A stretch of 64,000 bases of DNA from a virus (taxonomy: Duplodnaviria; Heunggongvirae; Uroviricota; Caudoviricetes). The notes beneath the pieces are model-generated. The model was not told where the DNA came from and did no database searches. It saw only the letters and a list, made by a program, of their open reading frames with translations. The translations under genes and the position numbers were made by a program. This document shows, piece by piece, positions 58,806 through 64,000 of the stretch (position 1 is the first letter of the stretch; each line of letters opens with the position of its first letter). Where the stretch lies: the IMG/VR virus record IMGVR_UViG_2029527006_000005; one strand, given 5' to 3'.

Positions 58806-59210
58806 CTAGAAGTTCATATTAAGTTTCTTTTGGTCGGTGGGTTTGATGTAGGTGATCTTACCAAACGCATCTTTGAGGTCAGACTTGTACACAAACACTG
58901 TGTATGGTCTGTTCCCCAGCGTTGCACCTAACCACATCGTCATACTACCTTTAAAGGAAGAAGGACCGAGGCGTGGCATGTAGTACTGACCATCGTATTC
59001 ATCAAACGCTATATTGAATACACACTTAGAATCAAGTGCTTCACCATTATCTAAGATCACATGACCAGTATCTTTGAGTTTCTGGATTTCCACAGCAGCA
59101 TCGAATCCAATCAAGAAGTACTCGTATGCTTTTTTAGTTTCGAACATATCACGATGGATAAGTTCTCTGTCGAATTCAGTTACTTTGAATGTTACACGCG
59201 ATGACAACAT
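58806..59210 (-). CDS. Hypothetical protein
   Basis: Cassette B upstream. Confidence 0.75.
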   Translation of the reverse strand: MLSSRVTFKVTEFDRELIHRDMFETKKAYEYFLIGFDAAVEIQKLKDTGHVILDNGEALDSKCVFNIAFDEYDGQYYMPRLGPSSFKGSMTMWLGATLGNRPYTVFVYKSDLKDAFGKITYIKPTDQKKLNMNF

Positions 59211-59286
59211 GGTATGTTCCTTAGTTCGTTTCGATGTAGATATAATACCAAAAAGGGCTGACTTGCGTCAACCCTTTTTTAAAAAA

Positions 59287-59619
59287 TTATTTGTTAATTT
59301 TTTCTTTAATCTCTGCCACCCACTTGGTGATAAAACCGTTCTGGTAAGATTCGTATACCCAATACCAAGCTAGTACATAAGAGGCTAGTTTGATGAATGG
59401 GATTAGTACTACGAGAGGTACAAGTACAAAAGATAGTACGACAACACCGAGCCAAACATACAAAGACCACATAAAGAGTTTGAATGCATGACTATTGTCT
59501 GTGCCAAGGTTTAGTTGTTTTCCAACTGTTTCAAAATCTTCGTTGTTGAACCATACACGTAGCATAGTAATGATCAGTAGAACACAGATTACGTTTGAAG
59601 CTAGACCGATAATAAACAT
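59287..59619 (-). CDS. Membrane protein
   Basis: 3 TM-like segments. Confidence 0.75.
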   Translation of the reverse strand: MFIIGLASNVICVLLIITMLRVWFNNEDFETVGKQLNLGTDNSHAFKLFMWSLYVWLGVVVLSFVLVPLVVLIPFIKLASYVLAWYWVYESYQNGFITKWVAEIKEKINK

Positions 59620-59628
59620 TTAGATTCC

Positions 59629-60006
59629 TTATTTGAAGTTAATTAGTACTGGTGGTTGTTCTTCTACAATTGCGTGTTTGTTATCACACAAAGCATGGAA
59701 CATTAATCCTGCTGGATCATTCTTTTTCTGTGGTAATGCAATTTTGAAAAGTTGGAACCAATCCCGGTTGTTCGGATCAATAACAAATTTCATTACTGTA
59801 TTACCATTTTCATACGTCACAAGTTTACCGTCTGGTTCCTCGCTCTTGTATGTATATTCTACCCCATCTACGTACACAAAGTCAAGTGTATCTGCAATAA
59901 ATTCTACGTGATGAGCTTTGTGTTTAGTATCGACACATAGAACTTTTTCAGCTAAAGCTGAAGTACTGAATCCTACTAAACATAATGCTAACATTAATTT
60001 TTTCAT
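59629..60006 (-). CDS. Exported protein
   Basis: Signal peptide MKKLMLALCLVGFSTSALA. Confidence 0.8.
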   Translation of the reverse strand: MKKLMLALCLVGFSTSALAEKVLCVDTKHKAHHVEFIADTLDFVYVDGVEYTYKSEEPDGKLVTYENGNTVMKFVIDPNNRDWFQLFKIALPQKKNDPAGLMFHALCDNKHAIVEEQPPVLINFK

Positions 60007-60212
60007 TAGTCAACCACCATTACACCAATTATAAGTGAAACCAATCCACCGAGGGCTGCTAATAAGGTGATGATGAAAATATCTTCACCTTTAACCAAAT
60101 CCCACGATGGGACTAAGGACGCCCATTCGTTGTACATAAACGTCCCACCAAACCCTGCAAGTACTATAACAAATCCAATGAGAAATGCAACAACACCTTG
60201 AATCTTTTCCAC
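60006..60212 (-). CDS. Small membrane protein
   Basis: GTG start after GAGG; 2 TM. Confidence 0.7.
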   Translation of the reverse strand: MEKIQGVVAFLIGFVIVLAGFGGTFMYNEWASLVPSWDLVKGEDIFIITLLAALGGLVSLIIGVMVVD

Positions 60213-60877
60213 TCTACCTCACTTAAGTACATAGAAGTGGAATTGTAACATACTGTCAATCCCCTCTTCATCACTGATATATTCATGTTCTTTTTATGAC
60301 GGCCTAAGTACTGGCCTTGTTTATGCCAACGCATACCACCCAAATCGTCTTTGCTGTGATGACGAAGATGTAATACAACATCGTACTCAGAATGTGTCAC
60401 TACACGCACGTAGTGCTTCAGGATTTGCGTAACGTTATCAGCTAACCCATACCCACGTGCAAGATGATTAAACCTCGCAGGAGGCTTCCCAGAGCTTAAT
60501 GGCTCACTGCTGTTAATATCTTCCCGACCGTATTGCTCATGCGTTTCGTCCCAACTATACCACATACCAGTATTAAGATCGAAGTCACAGTTTCCACCGT
60601 TATTAAAGTCGGTTGGTGACATGTCAAGAGCATCATCCATTGGGAATCCAAAATAGATTCCCTCTGCGTGACGTGCTTCACAGAACAGACGAACTGGACC
60701 TTTCTCGCTCGTCATCTTTTCTTTCCAGAAAGGATGGGAAAGATCCGTATAACCACAGACTGCTTCCATATTACTACCAGTAATTGGATTAGTAATATGT
60801 TTAGTACTGAAGTATAACCCTTTATCTTTGTTGTACTCGTACAGATCATACAGATTAAAGTTCGGATCTCTCAGCAT
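60164..60877 (-). CDS. Hypothetical phage protein (RWHKQGQYLG motif), probably frameshifted near its 3' end
   Basis: Alternative frame after the A run at 60291-60295 ends at 60219. Confidence 0.7.
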   Translation of the reverse strand: MLRDPNFNLYDLYEYNKDKGLYFSTKHITNPITGSNMEAVCGYTDLSHPFWKEKMTSEKGPVRLFCEARHAEGIYFGFPMDDALDMSPTDFNNGGNCDFDLNTGMWYSWDETHEQYGREDINSSEPLSSGKPPARFNHLARGYGLADNVTQILKHYVRVVTHSEYDVVLHLRHHSKDDLGGMRWHKQGQYLGRHKKNMNISVMKRGLTVCYNSTSMYLSEVEWKRFKVLLHFSLDLL

Positions 60878-61031
60878 TACTTAGCCCTTTGCGTTAGGAA
60901 GAAGTTTGTATTCAGGTTTACGCTTACATGCTTTGCACGTAATGTCTTCACGACAATAAGGAGTACGATAGAAGTCATTGTATGGTGCACCACACGCAGC
61001 GAGTTTAGCATCACTACTTGGGACGTGTACC

Positions 61032-61373
61032 TTAGTCTTCTGCATTGAGTGCCCCAAACGCTAACTTACGAGCGAGCTTCTTCATGACGATCTGGACTGC
61101 ATGTTGTGCAGCTTCATCAGCGGCTTGGGACATGAGAGTACTGATCTTCTTCGCGAACTCTTCAGAGATAATGTAATCCTCTGCGTTGCGTTTAATCATC
61201 TCATACGCAAGACCCGGCTTCTTCTGCCATTCACCCGGACGGCGAAAGTGTTCAGATACTACATCACTGACGATACGGATAGTCTGACGTTCCGCTTCAG
61301 CCATCGCTTTAGCTTCAGCTTCCTGTGCAATCTTAGTGAGGTCAATCTTCAGTTCGTTCATAATGTTCTCCAT
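61032..61373 (-). CDS. Hypothetical helical protein
   Basis: ORF track. Confidence 0.75.
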   Translation of the reverse strand: MENIMNELKIDLTKIAQEAEAKAMAEAERQTIRIVSDVVSEHFRRPGEWQKKPGLAYEMIKRNAEDYIISEEFAKKISTLMSQAADEAAQHAVQIVMKKLARKLAFGALNAED

Positions 61374-61390
61374 TTGATTAAGTACGTGTA

Positions 61391-61732
61391 TTATACACGT
61401 TTCTTTTTAATGTGCAACACTGTTGGTTCAACATTCATGCGTTCAGCCACAAAATCAATGCTGCATTTGGATTTATTCATAATAATACGAGCACCGTAGC
61501 GTTCTGCAAACTCACGCAATTCATCTACCGAGTCAACATCTACACTAATTGTACCATAATCCTGAGAGTACTCAATCCAATTTTTCGTGAAAGGTGCACT
61601 ATCACAAGGTCTGGAATCAATTGTGTAAGGGATCTCCATCTCTTCAAAGAACAATAAAGTTCTTGGTGTTGACACTACAGCTTCAGTGTCAGCACTTAGG
61701 TTAAAAGATGTGTACTGAATCTCTATATTCAT
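61391..61732 (-). CDS. Hypothetical protein
   Basis: Similar to 54187..54444. Confidence 0.7.
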   Translation of the reverse strand: MNIEIQYTSFNLSADTEAVVSTPRTLLFFEEMEIPYTIDSRPCDSAPFTKNWIEYSQDYGTISVDVDSVDELREFAERYGARIIMNKSKCSIDFVAERMNVEPTVLHIKKKRV

Positions 61733-61884
61733 AGAGAAGTACTTGCAACGTAGTAAGGAAGTCTTTTGATTAAATCTTCGGGACAGTTAGTACTGACCCA
61801 TTGATCATCACAGAGGTTGAAACCCTTACCATTAACAAACTTACGGATTAAGCCAGTGAATTGATTAGTGTAATAAGTTGTCAT
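61729..61884 (-). CDS. Small hypothetical protein
   Basis: Start MTTYY after GGAG. Confidence 0.65.
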   Translation of the reverse strand: MTTYYTNQFTGLIRKFVNGKGFNLCDDQWVSTNCPEDLIKRLPYYVASTSL

Positions 61885-62138
61885 TTGTGTGTCTCCACGC
61901 GATATACCCAATCATCCGAAAGAAAATCATAATCATCTTTCGTGTACAAGTAAACGAATCCAGTTTCATCTAAGGATTTAAGGATTTGTTCAGTACTTAA
62001 CTCTTCACCTGAGCGTGAATAGTATGTGTCGAGGTTTAGTAACTTCCTTTTTATTTCATCAGGAGTCAAGTAAACCATTACGTTATAACCTTCGTCAACT
62101 GAGGTAAGGATTTTATCTTTCAATGATTTCATAAGCAC
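61881..62138 (-). CDS. Hypothetical protein
   Basis: GAGG RBS, own promoter. Confidence 0.7.
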   Translation of the reverse strand: MLMKSLKDKILTSVDEGYNVMVYLTPDEIKRKLLNLDTYYSRSGEELSTEQILKSLDETGFVYLYTKDDYDFLSDDWVYRVETHK

Positions 62139-62183
62139 CTCTTCAATTAATATGCAGGTATTATATCATACCTGCTTTATGTG

Positions 62184-62459
62184 TCAATCAACTTTTTCAA
62201 GTTTAAGCCAAAATTCTGATAACGTCTTTTGGTTTCCGGGTGGACACTCATAGACGTAGTACTTTCTTGTTACGTCTTTAAATTGTACCATACGCCCAAC
62301 GTTCTGTGATTCACGTTTAGTCTCTTCAAACGCATAGCCAGTGAACTTGCAATCATTACGGGCTAAGAACTGTGCATCAATAACAGGTTTGTCATCATCA
62401 CAGCCTGTTAAGATAATAGCCAGTGCAATGATGAAAATTAAGCACCAAATTTTGGTCAT
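62184..62459 (-). CDS. Putative lipoprotein
   Basis: Lipobox LTGC after hydrophobic stretch. Confidence 0.8.
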   Translation of the reverse strand: MTKIWCLIFIIALAIILTGCDDDKPVIDAQFLARNDCKFTGYAFEETKRESQNVGRMVQFKDVTRKYYVYECPPGNQKTLSEFWLKLEKVD

Positions 62460-62767
62460 TGTACACCTCTACTTGTGCAGTACTCAATCATAGAATCAAG
62501 TAATGCTAAACGTAGTTTACCATAATCAGTGTATGGATTCCATTTACATTTGCTTTGTTGGTGCAAAAAGCGATCACCTTCAATTGGATATAGTACTTCA
62601 GGATCGCCATACACCTCTTCAAAGACTAACGAAATGAATTCTTCAACGGCATCCGTACTATCAACTTTAGTGTACAGATTAATACAGATACCGTTCTTTT
62701 CATTACGTTCACCAGCTTTGATTTCAAGCAGTGCTGCATGAATCTTTACTAGCTGCTTTTTCTTCAT
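62456..62767 (-). CDS. Hypothetical protein, GIC..YPIEG..W family
   Basis: Paralog of 52375 and 63603 genes. Confidence 0.8.
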   Translation of the reverse strand: MKKKQLVKIHAALLEIKAGERNEKNGICINLYTKVDSTDAVEEFISLVFEEVYGDPEVLYPIEGDRFLHQQSKCKWNPYTDYGKLRLALLDSMIEYCTSRGVQ

Positions 62768-62979
62768 GGAAGAGTCCACTCATGCTTAGGTGGTGTTAGG
62801 CCAGCACCGAGGAAAGCAATACCTTCATTGTAGTCATCGGTGTAGAACTCATACCCTTCTGCATCGACACAGCGGAATTGTGCAACCTGTTCCGGGTTAT
62901 CATAACCGCGATCTTCAATAAAACCAACAGCTAAGAAAGTTTTCTTTCCTTCACTGAAGGTAGTAAGTTTAGTACTCAT
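62764..62979 (-). CDS. Hypothetical protein
   Basis: GGAG RBS. Confidence 0.7.
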   Translation of the reverse strand: MSTKLTTFSEGKKTFLAVGFIEDRGYDNPEQVAQFRCVDAEGYEFYTDDYNEGIAFLGAGLTPPKHEWTLP

Positions 62980-63139
62980 AGTTTAATCTCCAGTAGTTCC
63001 ATCAAACGTTGTTTAGTTTGGAAGTACTCAACCAAAATATCTTTTCTTTGGTCTTCTGGGTACTCTTTGATATCGGACAGTTTTAACGCAGCCAATTCAA
63101 ACTTGTCAATGGCTGCGATCTTATCAGTGTTACGCACCA

Positions 63140-63433
63140 TTACTTCAACCCTAGAAGTTCACGTTCGGCTGGAGTTAGTTTAGCTAGTGCTGCTGCACGT
63201 GCTTTAGCAGTTGGATCATATGGTCCAGTCAATACATTGACAGTTTGGATATCCCAATCACCAGCATACTTCTCTTCAGTCCACTTCACGCGACGACCCA
63301 TTACACCCGGCTGGGAGTTGATGTAGTCTGCTGCGTCTTTGTAGTTAGAGAACGCAAGGTCATTAATCATATGACCACGGCCTTCGGTCATGTCAGAGAT
63401 GCGGCGAGTTTGGAAGTACTGAATAGTTGACAT
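63140..63433 (-). CDS. Hypothetical protein ending ALAKLTPAERELLGL
   Basis: C-terminal motif common in small phage proteins. Confidence 0.75.
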   Translation of the reverse strand: MSTIQYFQTRRISDMTEGRGHMINDLAFSNYKDAADYINSQPGVMGRRVKWTEEKYAGDWDIQTVNVLTGPYDPTAKARAAALAKLTPAERELLGLK

Positions 63434-63602
63434 ATCTTACCCCTTAATGTTGCTAATGAAGTTGTCGATACTCTGACCTACGCTTTGTGTAGCTGCGTCC
63501 AGACATTGCCCCGGAGTGAGTTTCACCTGATAAGCGGCCTTACCAATCCAGAACCCTGCTCCAAATCCTACTACAAGTGCCAGTACAATTAATAGTTTCA
63601 TG

Positions 63603-63911
63603 TTATGCTACCTCTTCAGCTAGTTTAAGTTCTGCGTATGCAATCATTTTATCAAGTAATGCGTAACGACGCAAGCCCAAATCTGTTTCTTTATCCCATT
63701 TGCGTTTGTTTTTCACATAGGAAATAATATCACCTTCTACTGGTGAACAAATAACCTTACCGAAAATTGAGGTGAAGGATTCCTGAACAAACTCTAAACC
63801 CATATCAAAATCCATATGCCAAATCAAGTTTGCACAAATGCCTTTACTTCTGTCATGGATGTTTCCAGCTTTAATGCCGTTCAGGATTTCTAGTACTAAA
63901 CCGTAATTCAT
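63603..63911 (-). CDS. Hypothetical protein, GIC..PVEG..W family
   Basis: Start MNYGL after GAGG; paralog of 52375 and 62456 genes. Confidence 0.8.
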   Translation of the reverse strand: MNYGLVLEILNGIKAGNIHDRSKGICANLIWHMDFDMGLEFVQESFTSIFGKVICSPVEGDIISYVKNKRKWDKETDLGLRRYALLDKMIAYAELKLAEEVA

Positions 63912-64000
63912 GTTACGCCTCTTTAATGGAATTAACTTCTGCCAGTACTTGCATGATTGCATCTTCAACGCTTCCACGAACAATGAAAGTGGAAGTATCT

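Larger units (their letters stand above)
17149..59280 (-). repeat. Dispersed cassette B (13 copies): AAAAGGGTTGAC-N4/5-GTCAGCCCTTTT hairpin that is also the -35/spacer of a sigma70 promoter (PeSL-like)
   Basis: Copies near 17149, 18217, 18616, 19854, 21050, 21679, 27464, 50827, 52336, 53753, 54475, 56732, 59242. Confidence 0.9.

Noticed and set aside
1-64000. tRNA, rRNA, integrase or IS elements
   Set aside because: No cloverleaf/T-loop signatures or recombinase/transposase motifs noticed by eye; tRNAscan was not run

Overview
64 kb of a large, AT-rich lytic dsDNA phage genome. By gene style it most resembles the RaK2/GAP32-type jumbo myoviruses of Enterobacterales; that is recognition only, with no search run. 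No tRNA, rRNA, CRISPR array or integrase was seen. There are four blocks. (1) 1-15.8 kb: a minus-strand tandem array of about 26 very divergent paralogs sharing a C-terminal E-x-x-F-Q-x-S-[LT]-[VIL] motif. (2) About 16-36.5 kb: a more GC-rich early (host-takeover) region, possibly a long terminal repeat. It is built from repeated sigma70 promoter cassettes and encodes a Ser/Thr kinase, an ART-like protein, a ParE-like protein, an HNH endonuclease, a TraR/DksA-type protein and an H-NS-like protein. (3) 36.6-48.6 kb: eleven plus-strand genes that all begin MIPF[AV]R[IV]xxYGN, fused to RCC1-like, Kelch or LamG-like domains. (4) 48.6-64 kb: small minus-strand accessory and membrane genes, an AAA ATPase and a second kinase. 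The most striking unexplained signal is non-coding and lies in block 2: 12 near-consensus sigma70 promoters, 11 with no ORF directly downstream, each followed after 20-27 bp by CCCAYAGGGTG on the transcribed strand. Most are then followed 30-38 bp further on by a LexA box, a Fur box or AGTACT. The same block holds 17 strand-biased Chi sites (5 inside promoter spacers) and ends in a Fur/LexA box cluster. AGTACT is strongly over-represented across the whole window.
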